DNA from: Acutalibacteraceae bacterium | GTDB taxonomy: Bacteria > Bacillota > Clostridia > Oscillospirales > Acutalibacteraceae | Direction of reading: 5' to 3' | DNA length: 64,000 bases | NCBI GenBank assembly: GCA_045636945.1 | Contig: JAZTYO010000023.1 | Span: forward strand, 14,485-78,484 | In this document: positions 1 to 9,911 of the stretch, piece by piece | Layout: each line of letters starts with the position of its first letter | Position numbering within the stretch: the first letter of the stretch is position 1 | The notes under the pieces: generated by a model | Seen by the model: only the letters and a program-made list of their open reading frames with translations | The model's database searches: none | What the model was told of the DNA's origin: nothing | Made by a program: the position numbers and the translations under genes

Positions 1-1
1 A

Positions 2-217
2 GGTATTGGTGAAAATGATCCTGTTCTTCGTTCTGAGGTTTGTAAGCACTTTGGATATATGGGTGTTAAGATTGACGAAGAAAAGAACCTCATCCGCGGT
101 GAAGAGGTTGAGATTTCAACGCCCGACTCTACCGTTAAGGTTTATGTTATCCCAACTAACGAGGAGCTTGCTATTGCAAAGGATACCCTTGAGATCGTAA
201 CCAATCTAAACAAATAA
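2..217 (+). CDS. ackA: acetate kinase, C-terminal fragment (5' end lies outside the window)
   Basis: Frame 2 is open from the window edge to TAA at 215-217. The translation GIGENDPVLRSEVCKHFGYMGVKIDEEKN...VKVYVIPTNEELAIAKDTLEIV matches the conserved acetate/propionate kinase C-terminus (IPTNEE motif). Confidence 0.75.
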   Translation, partial: GIGENDPVLRSEVCKHFGYMGVKIDEEKNLIRGEEVEISTPDSTVKVYVIPTNEELAIAKDTLEIVTNLNK

Positions 218-231
218 TTGGAGCAGTAACA

Positions 232-1494
232 ATGATTGCTATCAAGAACGATATTTTAAATGGTAAGTTTGATGAAATATTTAACGTGCTTTACGGCGAT
301 GTCCAATTTGCGCGTAACCGCTATTTGGCAGCAGTAGACAGCTTTGAGGCTATCTATGGCGAACGTGAGGTTAGATTATTTTCAGCTCCCGGTCGCACAG
401 AGGTCGGCGGTAATCACACGGATCATCAGCATGGTTGCGTTCTTGCTGGTAGCGTAAATCTTGATGTTATAGCAGTTGTGTCCGCAACAGATGACGGTTT
501 TGTTAAGTTGAAGTCTGAAGGCTATGACGAGGATATTTTGTCAATAAATGAACTTGAACCACGCCAGACTGAGTTTGGCAAAGCATCTGCTTTAATTCGC
601 GGTATGTGCGGTGAGTTCAAAAAGGATGGTTATAAAATCGGCGGTTTTGTTGCTTATACAACCTCTAATGTGCTCAAGGGCTCGGGTCTTTCGTCGTCTG
701 CCGCTTTCGAGGTGCTTATCGGTAACATTCTGAGCGGCCTTTATAACAACAATTCTGTTGACCCTGTTGAGATTGCCAAGATTGCTCAGCGTGCTGAAAA
801 CATCTATTTTGGTAAGCCTTGCGGTTTGATGGACCAGATGGCAAGTTCGGTCGGCGGTTTCGTTGGAATCGATTTCAACGACCCTTCAAAGCCTATTATC
901 GAAAAGGTTTCGTTTGATATTGGTGCTCACGGTCATAAGCTTGTTATTGTAAACACAGGCGGAAACCACGCTGACCTTACTCAGGATTATGCTGATATTA
1001 CTATTGAGTGCAAAAAGGTTTCCGAATTCTTCGGTAAATCTTTCCTCCGTGATGTTTGTGTGGATAAGTTCTATGAGTCTATTGCTGAACTTCGTGAAAA
1101 AGTAGGGGATAGAGCCGTTCTTCGTGCTATCCATTTCTTTAACGATAATCAACGTGCTTTCGACGAAAAGCTTGCACTCAAAGAGGGAAGATTTGACGAT
1201 TTCCTCCGCATTTCCAAGAATTCGGGACGTTCCTCGTTCCAGTATTTGCAGAATGTATATTCACCGTCTAATCCTTCCGAGCAAGGTTTGTCTTTGGCAT
1301 TGTCCTTAGCAAGCAAGGCCTTGGAGCACAGAGGTGCATACCGAGTTCACGGTGGCGGTTTTGCAGGAACCATTCAGGCTTTTGTGCCAGATGAGTTGCT
1401 CGAAAATTACCTTAAGATTATGAGATCTGTTTTCGGTAAAGACTCCTGCTACGTTCTCAATATTCGTCCTATTGGTGGTACCGAAATAAAATAA
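232..1494 (+). CDS. galK: galactokinase (GHMP kinase family)
   Basis: 420-aa ORF with a GGAG RBS. GRTEVGGNHTDH resembles the galactokinase signature and KGSGLSSSAA is the GHMP ATP-binding loop. Length fits Gram-positive GalK. Confidence 0.75.
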   Translation: MIAIKNDILNGKFDEIFNVLYGDVQFARNRYLAAVDSFEAIYGEREVRLFSAPGRTEVGGNHTDHQHGCVLAGSVNLDVIAVVSATDDGFVKLKSEGYDEDILSINELEPRQTEFGKASALIRGMCGEFKKDGYKIGGFVAYTTSNVLKGSGLSSSAAFEVLIGNILSGLYNNNSVDPVEIAKIAQRAENIYFGKPCGLMDQMASSVGGFVGIDFNDPSKPIIEKVSFDIGAHGHKLVIVNTGGNHADLTQDYADITIECKKVSEFFGKSFLRDVCVDKFYESIAELREKVGDRAVLRAIHFFNDNQRAFDEKLALKEGRFDDFLRISKNSGRSSFQYLQNVYSPSNPSEQGLSLALSLASKALEHRGAYRVHGGGFAGTIQAFVPDELLENYLKIMRSVFGKDSCYVLNIRPIGGTEIK

Positions 1495-1607
1495 TAAATA
1501 TCTAAATCGGTATAATTGCGCGATTTTGACTGAATTAATTGTACTATCAGTTTGACGACGGAATTCAGTTTGTTGAGTTTAAAAAATTCATAAAACTTTA
1601 AATTTTA

Positions 1608-1647
1608 CAATGCCCGAAAATTTGTGGTTTTCGGGCATTGTTTTTTT
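1608..1647 (+). terminator. rho-independent terminator after galK
   Basis: Stem caatgcccgaaaa / ttttcgggcattg followed by a T7 run. Confidence 0.65.
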
Positions 1648-1760
1648 GCATAAAAAATAAAATAAATGTTGAATTTAAGGATAAAGTATAGTATAATGTT
1701 CATAATTGATAGTTTGGTGTATTTTGTCAAACAATATGTTAAAAAGAGGTTTGGAGTATT

Positions 1761-2177
1761 ATGGATTTTATTACACTTGCCGCTAAAGATTTAGGTAATG
1801 TGGCTGAGAATATGGGTGAATATGGCGGAAAGGTTACGTTAAGCGGTTTGCTTATAGTATTTACAATGCTTATCCTTTTAGTTGTTATCATTTCAATTTT
1901 TGGTTTTATTATCGGCGGTGCCGTCCGTTCTAACAAAGAAAATAAGGTTAATGAACCAAAAGCTGAAAATAAGACTGTTGTCAGTCAGACTCCTGCTGCT
2001 TCTGCTGCGCCAAACTCAGAGGATGAAGATGTGATTGCTGCAATCTCTGCCGCAGTTATGATGATGTATGAGGGAACAGGTAAGACTCCTATTATTCGTT
2101 CTATCCGTCCTGCTCACAAAGGTGTTCGTTCTGCTTGGGCAACTGCTGGTATTATGAATAACACCCGTCCGTTTTAA
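1761..2177 (+). CDS. OadG-family small subunit of a Na+-translocating decarboxylase
   Basis: 138 aa with one N-terminal TM helix, a Pro/Ala-rich linker and the AAISAAVMMM segment typical of gamma subunits. It lies immediately upstream of the beta subunit gene. Confidence 0.6.
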   Translation: MDFITLAAKDLGNVAENMGEYGGKVTLSGLLIVFTMLILLVVIISIFGFIIGGAVRSNKENKVNEPKAENKTVVSQTPAASAAPNSEDEDVIAAISAAVMMMYEGTGKTPIIRSIRPAHKGVRSAWATAGIMNNTRPF

Positions 2178-2200
2178 GTTTTGAAAGTATTGGTGATAAT

Positions 2201-3481
2201 ATGGCAATTTTTGATACAATAAAAGGAATCCTTGCTGATTCCGGATTTGCCGCCTTCTTTGAAGGCGACGGTTATAAAAACCTTATAATGATTGGTGTTG
2301 CTTGCGTACTCTTGGTGCTCGCAATACATCCTAAGTTCCAATTTGAGCCTCTTTTGCTTTTACCTATTGCTTTCGGTATGCTGCTCGCAAACCTTCCCGG
2401 TGCAGGTATATATAATGCAGAAATATGGGCAATCCCCGAATTGCATGATATAGAAGGTGTTATGACGGCCGGAGAATATGTCGATGGCGTGTTTATTCCT
2501 TCCGAGTTCTGGACTTACAGTGAAGGCACTTTCCACGTTATAGCAGGTAAGGTTCTTCAGCACGGCGGACTTCTCGATATCCTTTATCTCGGTGTAAAGC
2601 TTGGTATCTATCCTCCGCTTATTTTCCTTGGTGTCGGTGCTATGACCGACTTTGGTCCTCTGATTGCTAACCCCAAGAGTTTCCTTTTGGGTGCTGCTGC
2701 TCAGCTTGGTATATTTGCGGCGTTTATCGGCGCTTTGTTGCTCGGTATGTCGCCTCAGACTGCTGGTTCTATCGGTATTATCGGCGGTGCTGACGGTCCT
2801 ACGGCGATTTTTGTTACATCAATTCTTGACCCCGGTTCTTTGGGTGCGATTGCTGTTGCAGCTTATTCCTATATGGCTTTGGTTCCTGTTATTCAGCCAC
2901 CTATTATGCGTGCCCTTACCACCAAAAAGGAACGAGCTGTCAAGATGGAACAGCTCAGAAACGTTTCCAAGACCGAGAAGATTATTTTCCCCGTACTTGT
3001 AACTTTGGTTGTTTCCTTGCTCTTACCCGATGCCGCAGTTTTGGTCGGTATGCTTATGTTGGGTAACCTTTTCAAGGAGTCAGGTGTTGTTGACCGTCTT
3101 GCAAAGACTGCACAGAACGAATTAATGAACATCGTTGTTATTTTCTTAGGTCTTACTGTCGGTGCTACTACCAACGGCGCAACCTTCTTAAAGGTTGATA
3201 CTCTGAAGATTCTTTTGATGGGTATGGCTGCCTTTGCTATCGGTACTACAGGCGGTGTTCTGTTCGGTAAATTAATGTATATCGTTACTAAAGGCAAAAT
3301 TAATCCTCTTATCGGTGCTGCAGGTGTTTCGGCAGTTCCTATGGCAGCCCGTGTTGCACAGAAGGTTGGTCGTGAGGAAAACCCAAATAACTATCTGCTT
3401 ATGCACGCTATGGGTCCCAACGTTGCAGGTGTTATTGGCTCAGCCGTTGCCGCAGGTGTATTGCTGAATATTCTTGGTTAA
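2201..3481 (+). CDS. sodium ion-translocating decarboxylase beta subunit (OadB/GcdB/MmdB family)
   Basis: 426-aa polytopic membrane protein. Family-typical segments include GGADGPTAIF, AAGVSAVPMAARV and MHAMGPNVAGVIGSAVAAG. Confidence 0.85.
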   Translation: MAIFDTIKGILADSGFAAFFEGDGYKNLIMIGVACVLLVLAIHPKFQFEPLLLLPIAFGMLLANLPGAGIYNAEIWAIPELHDIEGVMTAGEYVDGVFIPSEFWTYSEGTFHVIAGKVLQHGGLLDILYLGVKLGIYPPLIFLGVGAMTDFGPLIANPKSFLLGAAAQLGIFAAFIGALLLGMSPQTAGSIGIIGGADGPTAIFVTSILDPGSLGAIAVAAYSYMALVPVIQPPIMRALTTKKERAVKMEQLRNVSKTEKIIFPVLVTLVVSLLLPDAAVLVGMLMLGNLFKESGVVDRLAKTAQNELMNIVVIFLGLTVGATTNGATFLKVDTLKILLMGMAAFAIGTTGGVLFGKLMYIVTKGKINPLIGAAGVSAVPMAARVAQKVGREENPNNYLLMHAMGPNVAGVIGSAVAAGVLLNILG

Positions 3482-3493
3482 GGAGTTTATATA

Positions 3494-3796
3494 ATGGTTA
3501 AGCATATTATTTTATGGCAGTTGGAGGATGAGTTGTCCGATGCTGAAAAGATAAACGTAAAGGCCGGCATTAAGGAAGGTCTTGAGGCGCTTCAAGGTAA
3601 AATTCCCGGACTTTTGGAAATTAAGGTTGAAACCGTTGGTCTTGCATCGTCAAACTGCGATGTTATGCTTTACTCGGTGTTTGAGGACGAGACTTCACTC
3701 AAAGGATATGCAATCCATCCCGAACACGTTGCCGTTGCCAACGGTAAGGTAAGACCCTTTACTAAAACAAGACTCTGCCTTGATTTTGAGGCTTGA
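3494..3796 (+). CDS. Dabb (stress-responsive alpha/beta-barrel) family protein
   Basis: 100 aa. MVKHIILWQL...LKGYAIHPEHVAV matches the Dabb domain pattern. Strong AAGGAG RBS. Confidence 0.75.
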   Translation: MVKHIILWQLEDELSDAEKINVKAGIKEGLEALQGKIPGLLEIKVETVGLASSNCDVMLYSVFEDETSLKGYAIHPEHVAVANGKVRPFTKTRLCLDFEA

Positions 3797-3812
3797 TTTA
3801 ATAGCTGATTAT

Positions 3813-3852
3813 AAAACGCCCATCAGTTCAATTAGAACTGATGGGCGTTTTT
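3813..3852. terminator. bidirectional terminator between the Dabb gene and dapB
   Basis: Stem aaaacgcccatcagttc / gaactgatgggcgtttt, flanked by an A-run and a T-run, between convergent genes. Confidence 0.65.
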
Positions 3853-3867
3853 GTGCTTGTTATTTTA

Positions 3868-4623
3868 TTATATCGATGCAATAAGGTCTTTCATATCATA
3901 AAGACCGGGTTTTACGTTACTGATAAATACTGCTGCATTGACAGCACCTGCGGCAAAAACCTCTTTGGAGCCTGCCGAATGAGAAAGCGAAATAACCTCA
4001 TCGTGACCTGCGAAGATAACCTCGTGTTCACCGACTATGTTACCGCCGCGAATTGCGTGGATACCAATTTCTTTTGCGTCACGCTTTTCACGTTTGGCCT
4101 GACGGTTGTACTCATAAACGTATTTGCCGTCGTTCACTTCGTTGATGGCGTTGGCAAGCATTATTGCAGTGCCGCTGGGAGCATCAATTTTTTGGTTGTG
4201 ATGCTTTTCTATAATCTCAATGTCAAAACGGTCACCCAACACCTTGGATGCAGTCTTAGACAGTTCTACAAGCAGATTTATACCGAGCGACATATTGAAG
4301 GTGAAGAAAACAGGAACTGCTTTAGAGGCAGATTTTACGTTTTCAATATCTGCTTCACTTAATCCCGTTGTTGCAACAACGATAGGAGTCTTGGTTGTAA
4401 CGGCATATTCAAGCAAATCGGGTAGGCAAGAGGGGTGAGAGAAATCGATGATAACGTCACCGTTCTTAACGTTCTTAATACTGCCTAAAACAGGGAATTC
4501 GCGCTGAACGTCGGTCCTCAAATCAACACCTGCAATGATTTCGCAATCATCACGATCGTTAACAAGACGTGAAACAGCCATCCCCATTTTGCCGTTGCAT
4601 CCGTTTAAAATAATCTTAGTCAT
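3868..4623 (-). CDS. dapB: 4-hydroxy-tetrahydrodipicolinate reductase
   Basis: 251 aa. N-terminal Rossmann motif GCNGKMG and the EKHHNQKIDAPSGTA motif are characteristic of DapB. Confidence 0.9.
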   Translation of the reverse strand: MTKIILNGCNGKMGMAVSRLVNDRDDCEIIAGVDLRTDVQREFPVLGSIKNVKNGDVIIDFSHPSCLPDLLEYAVTTKTPIVVATTGLSEADIENVKSASKAVPVFFTFNMSLGINLLVELSKTASKVLGDRFDIEIIEKHHNQKIDAPSGTAIMLANAINEVNDGKYVYEYNRQAKREKRDAKEIGIHAIRGGNIVGEHEVIFAGHDEVISLSHSAGSKEVFAAGAVNAAVFISNVKPGLYDMKDLIASI

Positions 4624-4644
4624 ATTTTAACGTCCCTTACAAGA

Positions 4645-5532
4645 TTAAAGAAGTCCGTGCTTTTTAAGCTCCAAACGGAGATTCTCGCGAGCAGCATCGG
4701 TCATAGGTGCCAAAGGCATTCTGAGAGGACCCATACCCAATCCCATCATATTCATTGCTTCCTTTACGGGGATGGGGTTAACATCACTGAAAAGAGCGTT
4801 GATAAGGCTGACGTACTTCAACTGCATTTCGCAAGCCTTCTGATGGTTGCCCTTGAAGTACTCCTCACAAATATTGTGAGTTTCCTTGGGGAGAATGTTG
4901 GAAAGTACCGAAATAACACCGATACCACCCAAAGACATAATGGGAACGATTTCGTCATCGTTACCAGAGTAAATGTCAAGGTCGTCTCCGCAAAGGCTAC
5001 GGGTCTTAGCAATAGAAGAAATGTCGCCGTTGGCCTCCTTTACAGCAACGATGTTCTCGTGCTTTGCAAGCTCCTTATAGGTAGCAGGCTGAATAGCTGT
5101 ACCTGTACGGCTGGGAACGTTGTAAAGAATAATAGGTGTTTTAACACGGTCGGCAACATAGAAATAATGGTTTAAAAGACCGTTCTGCGAAGTCTTGTTG
5201 TAGTAAGGAGTTACCATCAAAAGACCGTCGCAACCGATAGCCTCAGCGTGTTGAGAAAGCTGAGTTGCATACATAGTGTCGTTAGAACCGGTGCCTGCAA
5301 TGATAGGAATACGCTTGTTGGCAACCTTAACAGCTTCTTCCAAAACCTTGCAATGCTCATCATTGTCCAAGGTTGCGGATTCGCCGGTTGTTCCGCAGAT
5401 AACGAGAGCATCAATACCGCCCTGAATCTGTTCTTCAACAAGCTGACGGAATCTCGGATAGTTGACTGAGCAATCGTCGTTAAAAGGAGTTACAAGAGCA
5501 GTTGCACATCCTGTGAAAATTCTCTTCTTCAT
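4645..5532 (-). CDS. dapA: 4-hydroxy-tetrahydrodipicolinate synthase
   Basis: TALVTPF..., GTTGES and YNVPSRTG motifs. The start is moved to the ATG (MKKRIF) 8 nt after GGAG; the ORF-track start is a TTG two codons upstream. Confidence 0.9.
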   Translation of the reverse strand: MKKRIFTGCATALVTPFNDDCSVNYPRFRQLVEEQIQGGIDALVICGTTGESATLDNDEHCKVLEEAVKVANKRIPIIAGTGSNDTMYATQLSQHAEAIGCDGLLMVTPYYNKTSQNGLLNHYFYVADRVKTPIILYNVPSRTGTAIQPATYKELAKHENIVAVKEANGDISSIAKTRSLCGDDLDIYSGNDDEIVPIMSLGGIGVISVLSNILPKETHNICEEYFKGNHQKACEMQLKYVSLINALFSDVNPIPVKEAMNMMGLGMGPLRMPLAPMTDAARENLRLELKKHGLL

Positions 5533-5553
5533 AATCAATACTCCAGTCTTAAA

Positions 5554-6636
5554 TTAGTCAAAATAACCCTTAGCTGCAAGAAGTTCGGCAAGCAGAACAC
5601 CTCCGCCTGCAGCACCTCTCAATGTGTTGTGAGAAAGACATACAAACTTGTAGTCGTACTGAGTATCCTCTCTCAAACGGCCGCAGGAGATAGCCATACC
5701 GCCGTCAAGGTCACGGTGTAATTTTGCCTGAGGCATATTGTCCTCGGTAAAGTAGTGGAGGAACTGCTTGGGTGCTGAAGGAAGCTCGAGTTCCTGTGCA
5801 GTACCCTTGAACTCTGCCCACTTAGCAATGATAGTTTCTTTGGAGGGTTTATTCTTGAATCTTACAAAAACTGCGGCAGTGTGACCGTCCGAAACGGGAA
5901 CACGGAGGCATTGTGCGGTGAAGTGAGGCTTCTCGGCATTAACGATAACACCGTTCTCAACCTTACCCCAAATCTTGAGAGGCTCCTGCTCACTCTTTTC
6001 TTCCTCGCCACCAATGAAGGGGATGATGTTATCAACGATTTCGGGGAAAGTCTCAAAGGTCTTGCCTGCACCGGAGATTGCCTGATAGGTACATACCAAA
6101 ACATCCTCAATGCCAAATTCCGCATCCAAAGGATAAAGAGCGGGAACATAGCTCTGCAAAGAGCAGTTGGATTTAACTGCAATAAATCCGCGTTTGGTTC
6201 CAAGTCTTTTTCTCTGAGCCTCGATAACCTCGATATGGTCTGCGTTAAGCTCGGGGATAACCATGGGAACATCAGGTGTATGTCTGTGAGCCGAATTGTT
6301 GGAGATAACGGGGCATTCGTGCTTGGCGTAAGCCTCCTCCAAAGCCTTGATCTCATCCTTCTTCATATTAACTGCACAGAAAACAAAGTCAACCTCGGAA
6401 GTGATCTTCTCGATATCTTCCTCAGCATTCATAATAACCATATTTTTAAGTGCCTCGGGAATAGGAGTTTTCATAGCCCAACGAGAGCCAACACACTCAT
6501 CATAGGTCTTACCTGCAGAACGTCCGCTTGCAGCAAGAACCTTGACGTTAAACCAAGGATGGTTTTCAAGAAGGGTTGCGAAGCGCTGACCGACCATACC
6601 GGTTGCACCAATAATACCAACGTTGTACTTTTTCAT
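5554..6636 (-). CDS. asd: aspartate-semialdehyde dehydrogenase
   Basis: 360 aa. GATGMVGQRF NAD(P) motif, active-site region NCSLQ and CLSHNTLRGAAGG at the C-terminus. Forms a dapB-dapA-asd operon. Confidence 0.9.
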   Translation of the reverse strand: MKKYNVGIIGATGMVGQRFATLLENHPWFNVKVLAASGRSAGKTYDECVGSRWAMKTPIPEALKNMVIMNAEEDIEKITSEVDFVFCAVNMKKDEIKALEEAYAKHECPVISNNSAHRHTPDVPMVIPELNADHIEVIEAQRKRLGTKRGFIAVKSNCSLQSYVPALYPLDAEFGIEDVLVCTYQAISGAGKTFETFPEIVDNIIPFIGGEEEKSEQEPLKIWGKVENGVIVNAEKPHFTAQCLRVPVSDGHTAAVFVRFKNKPSKETIIAKWAEFKGTAQELELPSAPKQFLHYFTEDNMPQAKLHRDLDGGMAISCGRLREDTQYDYKFVCLSHNTLRGAAGGGVLLAELLAAKGYFD

Positions 6637-6829
6637 TATGTATCACCTTAAAATAAATTTTGCCGAAAAATGTTGATTATTTTGCGAACTTGCAATATAA
6701 TAGCATTTGGCAATAAATTTGTAATGTATATAAATACAATACCTTATTATAGAATTATACATCTGTGCCATATATTTGTCAAACATATTTTATGCAATTA
6801 AAGTTATTTTGTGAATATCGGAGAATGAA

Positions 6830-7849
6830 ATGAAAAAATCGGACTTTTATTATGAACTTCCACAAGAACTGATAGCTCAGACACCTGTTGAACCGAGAAC
6901 ATCTTCGCGTTTGTTGGTGGTTGATAAAACCAATAACACAACCGAGGATAAGGGCTTCAGCGATCTTATTGATTATCTAAAGTCCGGTGATTGCCTTATT
7001 ATGAACGATACCCGTGTATTACCTGCACGAATTTTCGGTACTCGTCGTGACACTGGCTCGGTGGTTGAGTTTGTTTTGCTCAAAGAGATGGGCAATAAGG
7101 TTTGGGAATGTCTTGCAGGCCCCGGCAAAAAAGCCAAGCCCGGTAAAGTGTTTGATTTCGGTGACGAGCTTTCCTGCGAGGTTATCAATGTTACCGATGG
7201 TGGCAACCGCATTGTTGAGTTTAAGTGTGACGGTATGTTTTACGATGTTCTTGACCGAGTCGGTCAGATGCCGTTACCTCCGTATATTACCGAAAAACTC
7301 AGTGATAAAGAACGTTATCAGACGGTTTATTCCCGTGAACTTGGTTCGGCAGCAGCACCTACGGCAGGTCTGCATTTTACCAAGGAATATATGCAGAAAA
7401 TCAGAGATAAGGGCATCAATATCGGTTTCGTAACCCTACACGTCGGACTTGGTACTTTCAGGCCCGTTAAGGTTGACGATATTACCGAGCATAAGATGCA
7501 TTCCGAGCATTATTTTATACCGCAGGAAACCGCTGACCTTATCAACGAAACTAAGAAAAACGGCGGAAGAGTAATTTGTGTCGGAACAACCTCTTGCAGA
7601 ACGCTTGAAAGTGCCGCAAGCAAGGGTGTGATTACCGAATGCTCCGATGATACCGAGATATTTATTTATCCCGGTTATAAGTTTAAATGTATGGACGGAA
7701 TTATAACTAATTTCCACCTGCCTGAAAGCACGTTGATTATGCTTGTAAGCGCTTTTGCAGGCTATGATCTCACAATGTCGGCCTATCGTCACGCAGTCGA
7801 AGAAAAATACCGATTCTTCTCGTTTGGCGACGCGATGCTGATTTTATAA
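6830..7849 (+). CDS. queA: S-adenosylmethionine:tRNA ribosyltransferase-isomerase
   Basis: [31 protein letters not shown] is the canonical QueA N-terminus. Ends with [10 protein letters not shown]. Confidence 0.92.
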   Translation: MKKSDFYYELPQELIAQTPVEPRTSSRLLVVDKTNNTTEDKGFSDLIDYLKSGDCLIMNDTRVLPARIFGTRRDTGSVVEFVLLKEMGNKVWECLAGPGKKAKPGKVFDFGDELSCEVINVTDGGNRIVEFKCDGMFYDVLDRVGQMPLPPYITEKLSDKERYQTVYSRELGSAAAPTAGLHFTKEYMQKIRDKGINIGFVTLHVGLGTFRPVKVDDITEHKMHSEHYFIPQETADLINETKKNGGRVICVGTTSCRTLESAASKGVITECSDDTEIFIYPGYKFKCMDGIITNFHLPESTLIMLVSAFAGYDLTMSAYRHAVEEKYRFFSFGDAMLIL

Positions 7850-7908
7850 TTGTAGTGGACGGCTTCCTCAACGTCGCATTTGTTTATTTTTGTTTAAAGG
7901 ATGTTTAT

Positions 7909-9042
7909 ATGTTTAAGGTTTTGAAAAAAGAAGGAACAGCACGCAGAGGTGTGTTTGAAACGGTACACGGTACCGTGCAGACTCCTGCATTTATGAACGT
8001 TGCTACCTGTGCCGCAATAAAAGGTGGTGTTTCGGCCTTCGATATGGCTGACGACCTGCACACTCAGGTTATGCTTTGCAACACCTATCATCTGCATTTG
8101 CGACCCAGTGACGAGCTTATCAAACGTTTTGGCGGTTTGCATAAGTTTACGGGTTGGCAAGGTCCAATCCTTACCGATAGCGGCGGATTTCAGGTGTTCT
8201 CTTTGGCATCGCTTCGCAAAATAACCGAAGAGGGTGTCAACTTCAACTCGCATATTGACGGGCAGAAGATTTTTATGGGACCCGAGGAAAGTATGAAAAT
8301 ACAGTCTAATCTGGGCTCCACAATAGCTATGGCTTTTGACGAATGCGTTGAAAATCCTGCAACGCACGAATATTCCAAGCAATCGTGCGCAAGAACTACC
8401 CGTTGGCTCAAGCGTTGCAAAATCAAGATGGACGAGCTTAACAAAAGAGATGATACCGTCAACCCTAATCAACTTTTGTTCGGTATAAATCAGGGTTGTA
8501 CCTTTGATGACCTACGAGTTGAACACATGAAGCAGATTGCCGACCTTGATTTGGACGGTTATGCTATCGGCGGTCTTGCGGTTGGTGAACCTGCCGAGGT
8601 TATGTATCATATCATCGAACAGGTTGAACCTTATATGCCAAGTGACAAAATACGTTATCTTATGGGTGTTGGCACTCCTGCTAATATTTTGGAGGCGGTT
8701 GAACGAGGAGTAGACCTTTTTGACTGCGTTATGCCAAGCCGAAATGCACGCCACGGACATTTGTTTACTTGGGAAGGTATAAGAAACCTTAACAATGAGA
8801 AATATAAGGATGACCACGACCCTATTGAGGTTGGTTGTCAGTGTCCGACCTGCCGTAGGCACTCACGTGCTTACGTTCGACATTTGCTAAAAGCAGGGGA
8901 GATGCTTGGACAAAGACTTTGTGTTCAGCATAACCTTTATTTCTACAACACTATGATGGAAAAAATCAGAGAAAACCTTGACAACGGCACCTTTACACAG
9001 TTTAAAAACGATGTAATTTTAAAAATTGCAACAAGAATATAA
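7909..9042 (+). CDS. tgt: tRNA-guanine transglycosylase
   Basis: TPAFMNV, LTDSGGFQV, GLAVGE and the Zn site CxCxxC..H (CQCPTCRRHSRAYVRHL). Start set at the ATG 7 nt after AAAGGA rather than the upstream ORF-track start. Confidence 0.92.
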   Translation: MFKVLKKEGTARRGVFETVHGTVQTPAFMNVATCAAIKGGVSAFDMADDLHTQVMLCNTYHLHLRPSDELIKRFGGLHKFTGWQGPILTDSGGFQVFSLASLRKITEEGVNFNSHIDGQKIFMGPEESMKIQSNLGSTIAMAFDECVENPATHEYSKQSCARTTRWLKRCKIKMDELNKRDDTVNPNQLLFGINQGCTFDDLRVEHMKQIADLDLDGYAIGGLAVGEPAEVMYHIIEQVEPYMPSDKIRYLMGVGTPANILEAVERGVDLFDCVMPSRNARHGHLFTWEGIRNLNNEKYKDDHDPIEVGCQCPTCRRHSRAYVRHLLKAGEMLGQRLCVQHNLYFYNTMMEKIRENLDNGTFTQFKNDVILKIATRI

Positions 9043-9111
9043 AATTCTTCTTGCTTTTTGAAACTTTATGTAGTATGATATCAACATAATTACTTTGGAG
9101 GTAAAAAACTA

Positions 9112-9390
9112 ATGGGCGGATTATCAATGATATTGATGCTTGTTATCTTCGGCGGTATGATTTTCTTTATGAACCGTTCGAACAAAAAGAAGCAGAAAAA
9201 AGAACAGGAACAGAGAGATAACGTTCAGGTTGGCGACGAGATTGTTACCATAGGTGGATTTGTAGTAAGAGTAATTTCCATTAAAGAGGATCATTTTATT
9301 GTTGAGTCTCCTGCAGACCACTCTAAGATGAAGCTTATGAAATGGGCTCTTTCTTCTAACAACACCGTACACGACGCTCCTGCTAAATAA
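9112..9390 (+). CDS. yajC: preprotein translocase subunit YajC
   Basis: 92 aa with one TM helix, a lysine-rich stretch and then GDEIVTIGGFVVRV, typical of YajC. Syntenic after queA-tgt. Confidence 0.85.
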   Translation: MGGLSMILMLVIFGGMIFFMNRSNKKKQKKEQEQRDNVQVGDEIVTIGGFVVRVISIKEDHFIVESPADHSKMKLMKWALSSNNTVHDAPAK

Positions 9391-9441
9391 GTTATATTTT
9401 CTCTCACCGCTTCGTATATTTTTACGAGGCGGTGTTGTTTT

Positions 9442-9849
9442 ATGAAAAACAATTTTAACGGTAATAAAAAGTCACAAGGTTTATCAGCAATTCTTTGGGG
9501 AGTAGTTTGGGGTGCGTTAACGTTACTTTTATTGACGTTATTGTTTGCCTTAATAATGTCGATAGCCGAAATGAGTTCTTCGGTTGGCAAGGTTTTTTCA
9601 ATTTTGATTTTGGCGGTTTGCTCATTTGTAAGCGGTTGTATCGGCTCTAAAAAAGCAGAAGAAAAACGGTTGATACTCGGATTTACCTCGGGTGTTCTGA
9701 TGTATTTTATCGTTGCTGTGATTTCTATGGCTGTATCTCAGAATACTGTTACGGCAACATTTCTACTGAGGTTACTTATATGTGCTGTATCATCAGGTGT
9801 AGGTGCTGTGTTCGTAACTTTAAAGAAGTCTAATAAAAAATATATATGA
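9442..9849 (+). CDS. small polytopic membrane protein, possibly TIGR04086/YrzE-like
   Basis: 135 aa with about 4 predicted TM helices. Its position after yajC resembles yrzE in Bacillus. The family assignment is from memory only. Confidence 0.45.
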   Translation: MKNNFNGNKKSQGLSAILWGVVWGALTLLLLTLLFALIMSIAEMSSSVGKVFSILILAVCSFVSGCIGSKKAEEKRLILGFTSGVLMYFIVAVISMAVSQNTVTATFLLRLLICAVSSGVGAVFVTLKKSNKKYI

Positions 9850-9911
9850 TATTGATTTGTTACAACAATGATGTTAAAATATAAGTGTAATTTTGTGTGC
9901 AGAGGATGTTT

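Noticed and set aside
6637-6829. A possible lysine riboswitch (L-box) upstream of the asd-dapA-dapB operon.
   Set aside because: The region is about 75% AT and lacks the GC-rich helices and conserved L-box core sequences. It looks like a plain divergent promoter region shared with queA.
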